Of a stretch of 64,000 nucleotides of DNA, positions 1 through 9,846 are shown in pieces (the stretch's first letter is position 1; each line of letters begins with the position of its first letter). The notes under the pieces were generated by a model. It did no database searches. It was given only the letters and a program-made list of their open reading frames with translations, and was not told where the DNA came from. Source of the DNA: a virus. The translations under genes were made by a program, and so were the position numbers. The stretch is taken from IMG/VR virus record IMGVR_UViG_3300036790_000419, positions 1 to 64,000 of that record, one strand, 5' to 3'.

Positions 1-14
1 GCTGGCCGGAGCGC

Positions 15-53
15 CTTGACTCAGGTAAAGCAAGCAACTAGACTCGGGTTAAG
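15..53 (+). promoter_or_regulatory. Promoter with two palindrome copies, over the -35 and the -10
   Basis: CTTGACTCAGGTAAAG (15-30) and CTAGACTCGGGTTAAG (38-53); TTGACT-17 bp-TAGACT. Confidence 0.75.
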
Positions 54-74
54 CAACCAACCGAGGAGGACCCG

Positions 75-272
75 ATGGCGGACAGGCTGAGGCCGAGTGC
101 CGCGCGGCTGACCCCGGCCGCGCTGACCCTGCTGGCCAGGCAGAGCGCGTCCACCGCGCGCGCCGCGCGGTCGCAGGGAGCGCCGGACGTGGCGCGCGCG
201 GCAGCCCGGCGCGCGCTCTACTACCGTGACCGCCGCGCGGTTTCCTCGCGCGGCAGGAGGCGGGCGGCGTGA
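75..272 (+). CDS. hypothetical Arg/Ala-rich protein
   Basis: GAGGAGGA RBS; first of a translationally coupled run. Confidence 0.6.
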   Translation: MADRLRPSAARLTPAALTLLARQSASTARAARSQGAPDVARAAARRALYYRDRRAVSSRGRRRAA

Positions 273-508
273 GCCCGCGCGGCGCGTGGCGGTGGCTGAC
301 CAGCCCGCGCGGGAGCCGGGGCGGGTTCTCCGCCTGGGGCTGCCCCGGCAGCCGGTGCGCCGGGATCTTCCGCTCCCCGGAGAAAGCCAATGAGCACGCC
401 TGGGCCGCCCGGGTCACCGGTACCCACGACGCTCCCGAGCAGCGCCGCCTCCTGCGCGAGCGCAACCGGGTCGCGCGCCAGCTGCGCCGCCGCGGCAGGT
501 CCCGGTGA
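269..508 (+). CDS. hypothetical protein
   Basis: GTGA overlaps at both ends. Confidence 0.55.
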   Translation: MSPRGAWRWLTSPRGSRGGFSAWGCPGSRCAGIFRSPEKANEHAWAARVTGTHDAPEQRRLLRERNRVARQLRRRGRSR

Positions 509-1038
509 AGCGCGCGCTCGCCGTCGCCGCGGTCGTCGCCGGCGTCATCCTGTACGCTCACCGCTCCGCCGTGCACGAGGCTGTCGTTGACGCGTCCCTG
601 GCGCTGGCCAGCCTGGCCGTCTTGTGCGCGGCTGCCTACGCGGCCACCTGCGTCATCGGCCGGCTGCGGCCGGACCCGGCCAGGGCCGCGGTGCGTCATC
701 GGCGGGCCGCCGCCCGGCCGGCTCCCCGGCCGCAGGCCGGCCGGCCCTGCGCGTGCGGCGGCCCGGCCACTAGCCGGATCGACGGCCGGCCGGCCTGTGC
801 CGAGTGCGCGGCCGACTGGGAGGCCGGCTCCGGCCCGTGCGGGTCGTGCGGCAGCCGGCCGGCGGTTACCGGCCGGCCTGGCGGGCCGCCGCTGTGCCGG
901 CCGTGCGCGGGCAAGGCCGCCGAGGCCGCGCTGGCGGAGGCACCCGGCTACAGGCTGACCCGGCCGCCGGCCGTCCCCGCCGGGGAGACCATCGGGCACA
1001 TCGACATGAGCGAGTTCGAGAGGGACCTACCGTCATGA
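505..1038 (+). CDS. membrane protein with Cys-rich (CxC/CxxC) C-terminal region
   Basis: Two hydrophobic segments followed by CAC, CAEC, CGSC, CRPC; coupled start and stop. Confidence 0.6.
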   Translation: MKRALAVAAVVAGVILYAHRSAVHEAVVDASLALASLAVLCAAAYAATCVIGRLRPDPARAAVRHRRAAARPAPRPQAGRPCACGGPATSRIDGRPACAECAADWEAGSGPCGSCGSRPAVTGRPGGPPLCRPCAGKAAEAALAEAPGYRLTRPPAVPAGETIGHIDMSEFERDLPS

Positions 1039-1346
1039 GCAGGTTTGACAAGATGGACCGCGCCCAGGACTTCGTGTTCGCGGTCACCGGCTCGATACGC
1101 CGCCGCGTAACCGCCGCGGGCACCGACGCCTGGAACTACGGCCCGTTGCACCGGCAGGCCCGGGAGCGCTCGGCCGGCCTCCTGGCGCGCGCGGTGAACC
1201 GCGTCGACCGCGAGGCCGCCGCCCTGCACCGGGCCGGCATGCCCGAGGGCGTCACCCGTACCCGGCTGCGCGACCGCGCCGGGGACCGCGCCGCGCGAGA
1301 GCGCGCCGCGCGCAACCCGCACCCGCTGGGGCGGGCAACCCGCTAG
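1035..1346 (+). CDS. hypothetical protein
   Basis: ATGA overlap with the previous gene (MSRFDKMDRAQ...). Confidence 0.55.
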   Translation: MSRFDKMDRAQDFVFAVTGSIRRRVTAAGTDAWNYGPLHRQARERSAGLLARAVNRVDREAAALHRAGMPEGVTRTRLRDRAGDRAARERAARNPHPLGRATR

Positions 1347-1356
1347 GAGGCAACTC

Positions 1357-1512
1357 ATGCTCGCAGCAATCGTCGTGGTGGTCGTCATCGTGCTATTGCT
1401 CGGCGGCAGCCACCACCGGCACTACCGCCGGCACCGCCGGGCCGGCTTCGGCTTCTGGTACTCGCTGAGGGGACCCTTTGGTACCAGAGAAACAATTAGT
1501 AAGCGCTGGTAG
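1357..1512 (+). CDS. small single-TM protein
   Basis: AGGAGG RBS; MLAAIVVVVVIVLLLGG followed by a basic tail. Confidence 0.6.
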   Translation: MLAAIVVVVVIVLLLGGSHHRHYRRHRRAGFGFWYSLRGPFGTRETISKRW

Positions 1513-1636
1513 ATGGCACCTATCAAGAACCGTGTAATCGCAGGCCGGCGTGTGGGCCGGGGTGTAGTTGTCGATCCGGAGGTTCGTATCCGAGTAGGCA
1601 AGGAAGAGCACCGAGTTTCAAGAGAGGTTCTGAGCC

Positions 1637-1831
1637 GTGCCACTCACCGATGACGAGATCGAGGCGGCGGTCATCGAGGCTGCCGCCCTGGTCGAGCGGG
1701 CGCTCCCGCTCGGGGCCGTCGGCCCCGGCTGCCGCGCTGAGCGCGAGGGGCTCCGCGCCCTGGCGTTCACCGAGGCGCTGCGCGAGCTGCTGGCCCGGGC
1801 CCGCGTCCCGCAAGGCTGGTCGGCCAACTGA
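1637..1831 (+). CDS. hypothetical protein
   Basis: Protein-like composition; coupled to the next ORF. Confidence 0.5.
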   Translation: MPLTDDEIEAAVIEAAALVERALPLGAVGPGCRAEREGLRALAFTEALRELLARARVPQGWSAN

Positions 1832-2530
1832 TGGGGGTACGAGGAGCCCTCGCTTACCTGCGCTGGCGCCGCAGCCTGCAAGGGCGCGCCGTCTACCAGG
1901 GCTACGCGCAGGCCATGGAGCCGCAGCGCGCGCTCAGCCCCGCCCCGTCGCGGCGCGCGCGAGCCCGCGTCACCGGTCACGCGGCCGGCTGGCGGGACTT
2001 CGAGCGCCCCCAGCGCGGGGTCCGGCGGTCCCGGTGAGCCGCCCTGCCTGGTTCTGGCAGCCCGCGTTCTGGCGGGAGAAGGCCCGTGTCCGCGGGCTGC
2101 GCAGGTCAGGGGCCATCCCGCCCCGCTACAACTCCCGCAGGGCGCGCCTGGCGCGGCGCGATGCCGCCGCCGAGCGGAACAGGCGCGCCCCGTGCCTGAT
2201 GCTGGCGCAGGCCACTGACATCTGGGCCGACGGCCGCCGCCGGGTGACCGACTTCGACGCCCGCACCGGCCGTAAGGCCCGCGTGCACGAGACCCGCCCC
2301 CGCGCGAAGGGCCCGGACGGGCTGCGCCCGGGGCAGCGCCGGGCCCGGTAGGGGGTGAATGACATGGAACCCCTGGTGCATAACCCGGACGGCTCAACTG
2401 AGCCGGGCCCGGATGAGAGCTGGCAGGAGCTGGCCGAGCACTCGCTCACTCATGACGACCTGCCGGCGCCTGCCGCAGCGTAAGATATTTTCTCTTTACT
2501 CAAGACAAGCCGTCAGGTAGACTGGGAGGC

Positions 2531-3496
2531 ATGGCAACCGCGACTCTCCCGGGCTACCGGGCCAGCAAGACCGTCAGCCGGGACCGGTCCCGGGAATGCT
2601 GCCGACCGAAGAAGGCCGATGAAGTGGAAGGAACCACGCACGCCGCGACCGGCCTGGTGCTGGGCGCGGGCGTCGGCCTGCTGACCAGCGTCCCGCACGC
2701 GCACGGCATCGTCATCGCCGAGGACATCGGGCGCGACGTGCTGTTCGGTGCGCTGACGGCCGGCTTCGCGCTGCTGCCTGACGCGGATCACCCGAAGGCG
2801 AGTTTTGCTTACGCGGCAAGCGGCTTTTCCCATGGGCTCAGCCACATTATCGCCGTCCTGTTCGGCGGCCACCGTGCCGGGATGCACTCTTTCTTCGGTA
2901 TCGGCCTTGCGGCGGCTGCCACGGCGGCTTGCACGTTGTGGTACCCGAATCGCTGGTCCCTCGGGGTCTTCGTGCTGCTGGCCGCCGTCTGCGTTGCGGC
3001 AGCTTTGCACGCTACCGGCTTTGCCCGCCGCCGGTTCGTGCCGTTCCTGGTCGCGGCAGCTGTCGTTGGCGTCGCGGTCGCCAGCCCGCAGATCAGGCCA
3101 AGTTTGTGGTGGCTGGTGGCGATGGGCATGGCCCTGCACATCTTCGAGGACGAGTTCTCCGGCCACGGCTGCGCGCTGCTGTGGCCCGTCTCGCGGCGGC
3201 GGTACGGCGGCGACGGGCACCAGCCCGCCGGACGGCGCCCCGTCCGCCCGCCCAGGTCCGGCTACCAGAAGGCGAAAGCCCGCGCCGCGCGCCCGGTCAC
3301 CCCCAGGCCCCAGTCACGGCCGAAGGCCGCGGCGCGCGGGCCGCAGGTGATGTGCCCGTCCTGCTGGGTGGGGGAGTGCGAGAGCTGCAAGGGGCAGGGC
3401 TGCGCGTGCCCTCAGCCCGCCACGTCCCACCCGGGCCGGCCGGCCCGCCGGGCTCCCGCCACTCCTGCCGAGCTGCCTGAGATCCCGCCGTTCTGA
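2531..3496 (+). CDS. YdjM-like membrane-bound metal-dependent hydrolase with C-terminal Cys cluster
   Basis: Motifs TH, ALLPDADHP, GHRAGMHS and HIFED..SGHGCALLWP plus multiple TM segments; follows the palindrome promoter at 2494. Confidence 0.8.
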   Translation: MATATLPGYRASKTVSRDRSRECCRPKKADEVEGTTHAATGLVLGAGVGLLTSVPHAHGIVIAEDIGRDVLFGALTAGFALLPDADHPKASFAYAASGFSHGLSHIIAVLFGGHRAGMHSFFGIGLAAAATAACTLWYPNRWSLGVFVLLAAVCVAAALHATGFARRRFVPFLVAAAVVGVAVASPQIRPSLWWLVAMGMALHIFEDEFSGHGCALLWPVSRRRYGGDGHQPAGRRPVRPPRSGYQKAKARAARPVTPRPQSRPKAAARGPQVMCPSCWVGECESCKGQGCACPQPATSHPGRPARRAPATPAELPEIPPF

Positions 3497-3536
3497 CATT
3501 TGACCCCGGTAAAGCAAGGAGCGTACGCTGCTGAGC

Positions 3537-3584
3537 GAGCCGGGCAGTTGCCTACCACCCCAGGTGCAACTGCCCGGCTCTTTT
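3537..3584 (+). terminator. intrinsic terminator
   Basis: 15-bp stem GAGCCGGGCAGTTGC/GCAACTGCCCGGCTC followed by TTTT. Confidence 0.75.
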
Positions 3585-3585
3585 G

Positions 3586-3615
3586 CTTGACCAGAGTCAA
3601 GCCCTGGACTATGAT
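3586..3615 (+). promoter_or_regulatory. sigma70-type promoter overlapping the palindrome (representative cassette promoter)
   Basis: TTGACC-17 bp-TATGAT; the same 17-18 bp geometry to a TANNNT hexamer holds at most copies. Confidence 0.85.
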
Positions 3616-3647
3616 CAGGGGCAGGCACCGAGCGAAGGGCGGGCACA

Positions 3648-4400
3648 GTGAACGCTGAGCTGCAAGAGCAGGCGGAGCGGGACGCGGCGCTGACGGCGGT
3701 CGCGCACGCGCTGACCGAGGACGAGGCGATGACCCTGCTGCGCGACGTCGGGAACTTGTACCCGCACCTGCACGGCGCGACGGTCGCCGACGTGCTCGAC
3801 TGCACCACCGACCACGACATGTTCCTTGACCAGACCGAGCCGTTCCTTGAGCGGTTCTCCGGCCAGCTCCCGCAGGACGTGCGGCTGTCCGCCGCGATGC
3901 ACGCGATCATCCTGCTCCACCGGGAACTGACCCCCGGGCGCGTCATCGCGCTGCTGCAGCGGGCCGGCATGACGGCCGTGCCGCGCTACCCCGAGGTCGA
4001 GGCGAGCCTGCTGGCATATGCCAACTTCAGCCGGGACTACGACGTCAACCACCTGGTGCTCAAGGCCCGCGCCGAGCAGGGCATGCGCGCCCGGGGTGTT
4101 CCCGAGAGTGAGATAACGGAGTTCCTCGGCTCGGTGCGCTACACCGGCGTCCCCGGCTACTCGCGCAACGCGGCTGACATCGCCGCGTGGGTGACCCTCG
4201 TGGACCGCTGCACCGCGACGCCCCGCAAGCCCTATGACCCTGTTGACGACCTGGCCGTACTGCTCCGGCAGTACGACCCGGACGGCCCGGACGGCGGCCA
4301 GGTCGCGCAGGCCCTGGCCAACCTCCGCTCGCACCTGGACATGAGCACCCCCGAGAGACTCGGCGCCAGCCTGCGTGCTCACTTCGGCAGGGAGGCCTGA
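3648..4400 (+). CDS. hypothetical protein
   Basis: 250 aa ORF after cassette promoter and leader. Confidence 0.8.
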   Translation: MNAELQEQAERDAALTAVAHALTEDEAMTLLRDVGNLYPHLHGATVADVLDCTTDHDMFLDQTEPFLERFSGQLPQDVRLSAAMHAIILLHRELTPGRVIALLQRAGMTAVPRYPEVEASLLAYANFSRDYDVNHLVLKARAEQGMRARGVPESEITEFLGSVRYTGVPGYSRNAADIAAWVTLVDRCTATPRKPYDPVDDLAVLLRQYDPDGPDGGQVAQALANLRSHLDMSTPERLGASLRAHFGREA

Positions 4401-4481
4401 GCATGAAGATCGAGGTCATCGAGGTCGGCGAGGCCGTACTGCGCATTCCGGGCACGGTGCACAGTGGAGAGGGGCTCTGAC

Positions 4482-4955
4482 ATGAACTGGTACCCGATCG
4501 GCGCGAGCCGCGGGGAGCACGGCTGGGGCGACGAGACCACTTACCTGGTGACCGTCCTTGAGCACGAGGTCCGGCTGTCCCGGTTCCGCTCGCCGGGCAC
4601 TAGCCCGCTGGACATGGCCGTCGAAGCAGCCCGCAACGTCATCGTCTTCCCGCTCGGCCGCGGCCCTGGCCGTCCTGGCGGGGAGCCCGAGCTGGCCGCG
4701 CTGGCGGAGTCGGCCAAGACGTACGCCGAGCGGTTCGAGGCCGGCGAGTCCCTGGAGGGCTACCCGGCCTGGCAGCGTGAGCAGCCGAAGGCCCGGCGGC
4801 ACTTTCATGCGCCGTTCGAAGTTGAGCGGGAGTGCTTTAAGTCGCATGACCTGTCAGCCCTGGACTACCTGGCCGACCTGCGCGCCGCAGACGGCCACGT
4901 GCCGGACTACAACCGGGCGGAGGCCGACCGCCGGCTGCGCGAGATGCTGGGCTAG
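4482..4955 (+). CDS. hypothetical protein
   Basis: ORF with GAGAGGGG RBS. Confidence 0.7.
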   Translation: MNWYPIGASRGEHGWGDETTYLVTVLEHEVRLSRFRSPGTSPLDMAVEAARNVIVFPLGRGPGRPGGEPELAALAESAKTYAERFEAGESLEGYPAWQREQPKARRHFHAPFEVERECFKSHDLSALDYLADLRAADGHVPDYNRAEADRRLREMLG

Positions 4956-5218
4956 TGAACGTCTGGCGCGACGTCACCGAGTCGGTCCTGCGCGCCGGGT
5001 GCGGCAGCGTGCTGGGCCCGGACACCCGCCGCCGTACCCGCTGGTGGGACCTGCGCCTGGAGTGCGGGCACCACGTGGAGCGGCACGTCCGCTACCGCAA
5101 GCTGGACTCCCCGGCACGGCAGGGCACCCGCCGGGCTGCGGCCGACGTGCTGCCCCCGGTGGCCCGGGTGGCCTGCCGGGAGTGCGCGCGGCTGGCGCTG
5201 AAAGAAATGTTCTCTTGA
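4955..5218 (+). CDS. hypothetical small Zn-binding protein
   Basis: ECGH...CREC; coupled start. Confidence 0.6.
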   Translation: MNVWRDVTESVLRAGCGSVLGPDTRRRTRWWDLRLECGHHVERHVRYRKLDSPARQGTRRAAADVLPPVARVACRECARLALKEMFS

Positions 5219-5280
5219 CTCGGGTCAAGTCATCCGGTAGCCTGGTGCCGTAAGCACTTCCGAGCAAGGGCAGGCACCCT

Positions 5281-5742
5281 ATGACTGAGCACCTGAACCA
5301 GTACCACGTGGCCGTCCTGACCGCGCTGCGTAACGCCGCTGCCCTGCGGCGCGAGCCCAAGATCCTGACCCCCGACGGCCGCGAGCAGTGGTTCTCGCTG
5401 CGCGAGCTGTCCGAGGAGGGCCAGCTGGCCGGCCTGCCCGTGGGGGTGCTGGAGCCGGCGGCGCGGACGCTGCGCAAGCGCGGGCTTATCGCCGGCCGCA
5501 CGTTGTCGGGCATTCTCCGGTACGCGGTTGACGAGCCGGGTTCCATGGTGCTGGCAGCGCTGGAAGAGCGCGCCGGCATCACCGGGCTGGTGGCCGCCGA
5601 CCTGGCGGTCGCACAGGCCCGGATGGACGCCCGGCTGGCGAGGCGGCGCGAGGCCGCCGCCCTGGCGAAGCGGTCCGGGCTCGCGCTCCGCCACCCGTCG
5701 TACGCCGAGATCGCCGCGTTTTCCGAGGAGGTTTACCAGTGA
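5281..5742 (+). CDS. hypothetical protein, possible winged helix
   Basis: After promoter and leader; ARTLRKRGLI...RY pattern. Confidence 0.7.
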   Translation: MTEHLNQYHVAVLTALRNAAALRREPKILTPDGREQWFSLRELSEEGQLAGLPVGVLEPAARTLRKRGLIAGRTLSGILRYAVDEPGSMVLAALEERAGITGLVAADLAVAQARMDARLARRREAAALAKRSGLALRHPSYAEIAAFSEEVYQ

Positions 5743-5939
5743 GCATCGTTCGCATTCAGGTGACGGTCGAGCCGCGAGGCCGCGCCGGCACGCTCACCGA
5801 GGTCGTGGAAGTCGACGCGGCTGAGCTTGAGGGCCTGACCGGCGAGGAGCGCGAGGCCCTCCTCGCCAGGATCGCCGAGGAAACCGCCAACGAGCTGGCC
5901 CCGTGGGGCTGGTACGAGCTGCCTGAGGAGGCGAGGTAG
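5739..5939 (+). CDS. hypothetical protein
   Basis: GGAGG RBS, coupled. Confidence 0.65.
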   Translation: MSIVRIQVTVEPRGRAGTLTEVVEVDAAELEGLTGEEREALLARIAEETANELAPWGWYELPEEAR

Positions 5940-6653
5940 GTGCCTAAGAAGTACGAGGACTGCACCACCGACGGGGACGGCGACGAGCGTCACCCGGCAT
6001 TCGGGGCGGTCAGCCTCCACCGGATCAGCGCGAGCCCTGGCGCGGTGCTCTTCCAGTCGGACGTCCGGCACCCGGAGTACATGCGGATTGAAGTTCACGA
6101 GGCCGCCCGCAAGCGCGACCTGCACCGTGACTGGGTGCACCCGGAGCGGGTGGTCTGCGAGATCAGCCTGTCGATGGCGCAGTTCGCCTCGTTCGTGGCC
6201 AGCACCGGCCAGGGCGGCGGCGTGCCGTGCACCATCGAGTGGGCCGGAAGCGGCTCGCACGAGCCCGGCGACCGGCCCGGACTCCTCCCGGCTCCCCGGC
6301 TCTCACTCAGCCATGACGAGGTGCGGGCGGCAGCAGACGAGGCATTCGAGAAGATTAAGGAGGCCGAGGCCGAGCTTCAGGAGGCCATGGCCGCCAAACC
6401 GCCGGTTCCGGCTGCGGAGCGCAAGCGCCTGATGGCGGTCCTGCATTTCGCGATCGAGCACGCCGCTCCCAACGTGGCGTACGCGGCCAAGAAGCTGGAT
6501 GAGCACGCTGAGGCCGTGGTGGAGAAGTCCCGCGCCGACATCGAGACCATGGTCACCAGGATGGCTGAGCGGGCCGGCATCGAGTCCGGCGCGACTATCC
6601 GCGCCATCACGGGAGTTCCCGATGAGCGGGGGGACGCCGGCGATGCTGTCTGA
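5940..6653 (+). CDS. hypothetical protein
   Basis: 237 aa ORF abutting the previous gene. Confidence 0.75.
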   Translation: MPKKYEDCTTDGDGDERHPAFGAVSLHRISASPGAVLFQSDVRHPEYMRIEVHEAARKRDLHRDWVHPERVVCEISLSMAQFASFVASTGQGGGVPCTIEWAGSGSHEPGDRPGLLPAPRLSLSHDEVRAAADEAFEKIKEAEAELQEAMAAKPPVPAAERKRLMAVLHFAIEHAAPNVAYAAKKLDEHAEAVVEKSRADIETMVTRMAERAGIESGATIRAITGVPDERGDAGDAV

Positions 6654-6993
6654 CGACCTGTCCGGCATTGAGCGCGGCGACACGGTGCTGCTCGTTACGA
6701 GCTGCTCGCAGCCGCGTGCCGTGACCGTGGAGGCGGCCGGCGCCCGGTGGATCACCGCGGGGAGCCACCGGTTCAGCCGCGTCAGCGGGCGCCGCGCCGA
6801 CGGCGGGACCGAGCCCCGGATCGAGACCGTGGCCGGGCACGCCGAGCGTGCTGAGCAGCGCGCCCTGGCGGAGCGGATGCACCCCTGGGGCTGGATCCCG
6901 GCGGCCGGCCAGCACCAGATGACCACCGGCCAGATGCGCCGCGCGGCCACCTTGCTGGCCGAGTTCGAGGCTGAGGAGGCAGGCTGTGAGTAG
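6643..6993 (+). CDS. hypothetical protein
   Basis: Overlapping operonic ORF. Confidence 0.6.
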   Translation: MLSDDLSGIERGDTVLLVTSCSQPRAVTVEAAGARWITAGSHRFSRVSGRRADGGTEPRIETVAGHAERAEQRALAERMHPWGWIPAAGQHQMTTGQMRRAATLLAEFEAEEAGCE

Positions 6994-7495
6994 GCTGCGG
7001 AGAATTTACCGGCTGGACGTCATCTACCCCGAGGGCTCGCACGCGCCCGGCTGGCGCCCGGCCTGCTGGGGCGACCCGGCGCTCCTGGCGACGCTCGACA
7101 AGAAGCAGCGCCGCGAGCTGGCGAAGGCCGAGTTCTACTGGCCGCGCGAGCGGGTGTTCCTGTCCAGTTCAAGCGCCTACGCGCGCAGGAACCTGCTGGA
7201 GTGGTACGGGGCTGACGCTGAGGTGCTGGCCTCCGACCCGGTGACCTGGCCGAACCTGGACGACTGGGAGGCGGGCGACGGCTGGGAGCACGGGAGCACG
7301 GCTTTCCGCTGGGCCGCCGACCTGGAAGACGCCCTTGAGCACGCCCGCGAGATCCTGGGTGAGCCGGAGATGCCCGAGCTGGCGGACCTGGTGCGCGGCC
7401 TCCCCGGTGCCGTGCTGGACGAGGCGGCTAAGTTTAGCGCCGCCGCCCGCCAGCTCGCCGCTTACCGGACGTTGCCGGCTGAGGGGGCACGATGA
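6986..7495 (+). CDS. hypothetical protein
   Basis: GAGGAGG RBS, operonic. Confidence 0.7.
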   Translation: MSRLRRIYRLDVIYPEGSHAPGWRPACWGDPALLATLDKKQRRELAKAEFYWPRERVFLSSSSAYARRNLLEWYGADAEVLASDPVTWPNLDDWEAGDGWEHGSTAFRWAADLEDALEHAREILGEPEMPELADLVRGLPGAVLDEAAKFSAAARQLAAYRTLPAEGAR

Positions 7496-7726
7496 GGCGG
7501 TACCCGTGGGTCATCCTGTGCGCCCTGGGCGTCGTGCTCGGGCCGCTCCTGATGCTGTACGCCGGGCTTGCCGGCGCGTGGGGCGCGCTCTGGCCGGCCG
7601 CCGTGGCCACTGTCGCCGGGGTCACCGGCTGCCTGACGTTCCGGTCGGCCCGTCGGCGCTGATGCTCTTGACTAGAGTCAAGACACTCCGTAGACTGGAG
7701 CCACAGGCAGCCGAGAGGGGCAGGCA

Positions 7727-7963
7727 ATGGCAGGCACGACGTTCGGGTTCATAGCACGGAAGCTGGCCGAGAAGGTAGCAGCTGGCACCCTCACGCAGGA
7801 AGACGCCGAGGCCGCGCTGCGCCTGGAGCCGGGCGAGCGGCTGTGCGCGAACGGCGTCATTTCCGGCTCCGCAGCGCACCCGGACATCCCGCGCCACGGC
7901 GCGGACGAGACCGACAACGATCACCCGGCCTGCGACTTCCCGAACCTACGCGGGCAGGACTGA
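7727..7963 (+). CDS. hypothetical protein
   Basis: After promoter 7667 and leader. Confidence 0.7.
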   Translation: MAGTTFGFIARKLAEKVAAGTLTQEDAEAALRLEPGERLCANGVISGSAAHPDIPRHGADETDNDHPACDFPNLRGQD

Positions 7964-7979
7964 GGAAGGGCAGGCACAC

Positions 7980-8417
7980 ATGATCGAAGTCAAGTTCATC
8001 ACCCATGACGAGGAAACAGACGGCATCGCCGTCGAGCACGACGGGCGCGAGGTGTGGGCGGACGGCCCGCACGACTCGTGGGACCAGTACTTCCGGCGCT
8101 ACATGCCCAGGGGCGTGCCGGTGCTGCTGAGCCAGGACACGCGGCCGAGCGAGCGCGAGGGCCAGGCCCGCGACGACCCCCGGCCGTACCCGCAGGGTGA
8201 GGGCACGGACGCCCGGCTGGCCCGCTGGCTGGTCGACAACACCAGCGCCTACGGCATCCGCTTCGCCGAGGAGGACGAAGAGGGACGGCCGACTGAGGTC
8301 GTCGGGCCGGTCATCATGGACGGCAGCGCGCTGATGGAGCTATTGACCAACGTGGCCGAGCGGATGTACTGGCACGGGGTGGACGACGTGCGTGCTACCC
8401 ACGGCCTCCAGCGGTGA
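7980..8417 (+). CDS. hypothetical protein
   Basis: Leader motif without its own promoter. Confidence 0.75.
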   Translation: MIEVKFITHDEETDGIAVEHDGREVWADGPHDSWDQYFRRYMPRGVPVLLSQDTRPSEREGQARDDPRPYPQGEGTDARLARWLVDNTSAYGIRFAEEDEEGRPTEVVGPVIMDGSALMELLTNVAERMYWHGVDDVRATHGLQR

Positions 8418-8773
8418 GCGGCGCGCTGCCGGAGGCGGCCCTGCGGGTTTACCTGGCCGTCTGGCTGGTGCTCCGTGCCCTGCTGCCCTGGATGCTCGCG
8501 ACGGCTCTCGTGACTCGCGTTGTGCTGATCCTGGCACGTGTCCGGTGAGCGGCGAGCTGACGCCGGAAGAGACCCTGGAAGCGGCGGCGGTGCTCGCCGA
8601 CGTGCACCGCTGGGCAGCGCCCGCCTGGCGGTACGTGGCCAGCGGGACCGCGACCCGGGAGACCGTCCTGGCCAACCTGGGTGACATGACTACCCGGCTA
8701 GGGCAGCTGCGCGTCCTGCTGGACAAGGGCGAAACGGCTGACGGGCCGGAGGAACTAGGCGAGGGGAAGGCAC

Positions 8774-9217
8774 ATGGCACGACTTCCGAGTTACAGGTAC
8801 CTCATCCAGCAGGCCGGCGCGCAGGTGATCCTGTTCGAGGAGGGCACCGAGCGCCAGATCGTTAAGTTCGACCCGTCCGACGGCAGCGCCGCCGCGGGCG
8901 CCCTGGACGTCATCCGCGATTCCGAGATGAGCGGCGAGGACAAGTGCTACGCCTGCTTCTGGGCCGGCTACTTCCACGCGTATGCCAACCGGGCTCCCGA
9001 GATGGCACGAGAGGCCTACGTTCGCGAGGCGGACGAGGGCCGGGCCGTGGTGGTGACCTCGCCGCGCGGGCGCGGGCTCGAAATCGTGCGGTTCGACCCG
9101 CGCGACGCCAGCGCGGCGGCCAGGGCGCAGAAGAACATCTACGACTCCGGGCTGAGCCCGGACGAGAAGAACCGGGCCCATTTCTGGTGCGGATTTTTTT
9201 ACGGTCAGGCATCGTGA
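8774..9217 (+). CDS. hypothetical protein made of two tandem homologous domains
   Basis: IVKFDPSD..AAA...DS.MS...K..A.FWAGYF repeated as IVRFDPRD..AAA...DS.LS...K..A.FWCGFF. Confidence 0.75.
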   Translation: MARLPSYRYLIQQAGAQVILFEEGTERQIVKFDPSDGSAAAGALDVIRDSEMSGEDKCYACFWAGYFHAYANRAPEMAREAYVREADEGRAVVVTSPRGRGLEIVRFDPRDASAAARAQKNIYDSGLSPDEKNRAHFWCGFFYGQAS

Positions 9218-9846
9218 TGCCCGTGCGCTGCGAGGAGGGCGGCAGCCTGTGGCAGCTCGTGGAGGCGGCCAAGGACGACCAGCCGGCTGCCAGTGACGAA
9301 GCCCCGCCCGCAGCCGGCATCCTAGCCGTGGCACAGTACGGGCCGCTGTACGACGCTGTATGGGCGAAGTGCCAGGAGCTGGTGCCGGGCAATACCGGCA
9401 GCAGCATCCAGTCCGGCCTGTACCGCGCGGACGGGCGCGGCTGCTCGGGCATCGTGGAGCGCTTCAACAACGACGGCACCGGCACCGTCTGGCACGTGGG
9501 AGCCTACGCCCACATCGACGGGCGCCGGCCGCGGATCTCGGTTCAGGTGCACGGCCCGTGGACCGACAACAGTGACGACCTGTGGGAGAAGAACATCGCC
9601 GACCTGGCTAAGGGCCGGGATAACGTGGTCATCGAGAACCACTGCTGGTTCACGGTCGGCGACGAGGGCGCGAGTGGCATGCGCGGGTTCGGCGGGCACA
9701 GGTTCGAGTTCCGGCCGCTGGACGGCGGGCTCCTGCTCGTGTCCACCAACATGTGGTTCGGCGGGGCCATCCCGCCCGTGTTCCGTGACCGCATCCCCGA
9801 CACGCACAAGATGCTCAAGGGTTTCTACCCCGGGCCGGTGGAGTGA
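9217..9846 (+). CDS. hypothetical protein
   Basis: TGATG coupling. Confidence 0.7.
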   Translation: MPVRCEEGGSLWQLVEAAKDDQPAASDEAPPAAGILAVAQYGPLYDAVWAKCQELVPGNTGSSIQSGLYRADGRGCSGIVERFNNDGTGTVWHVGAYAHIDGRRPRISVQVHGPWTDNSDDLWEKNIADLAKGRDNVVIENHCWFTVGDEGASGMRGFGGHRFEFRPLDGGLLLVSTNMWFGGAIPPVFRDRIPDTHKMLKGFYPGPVE

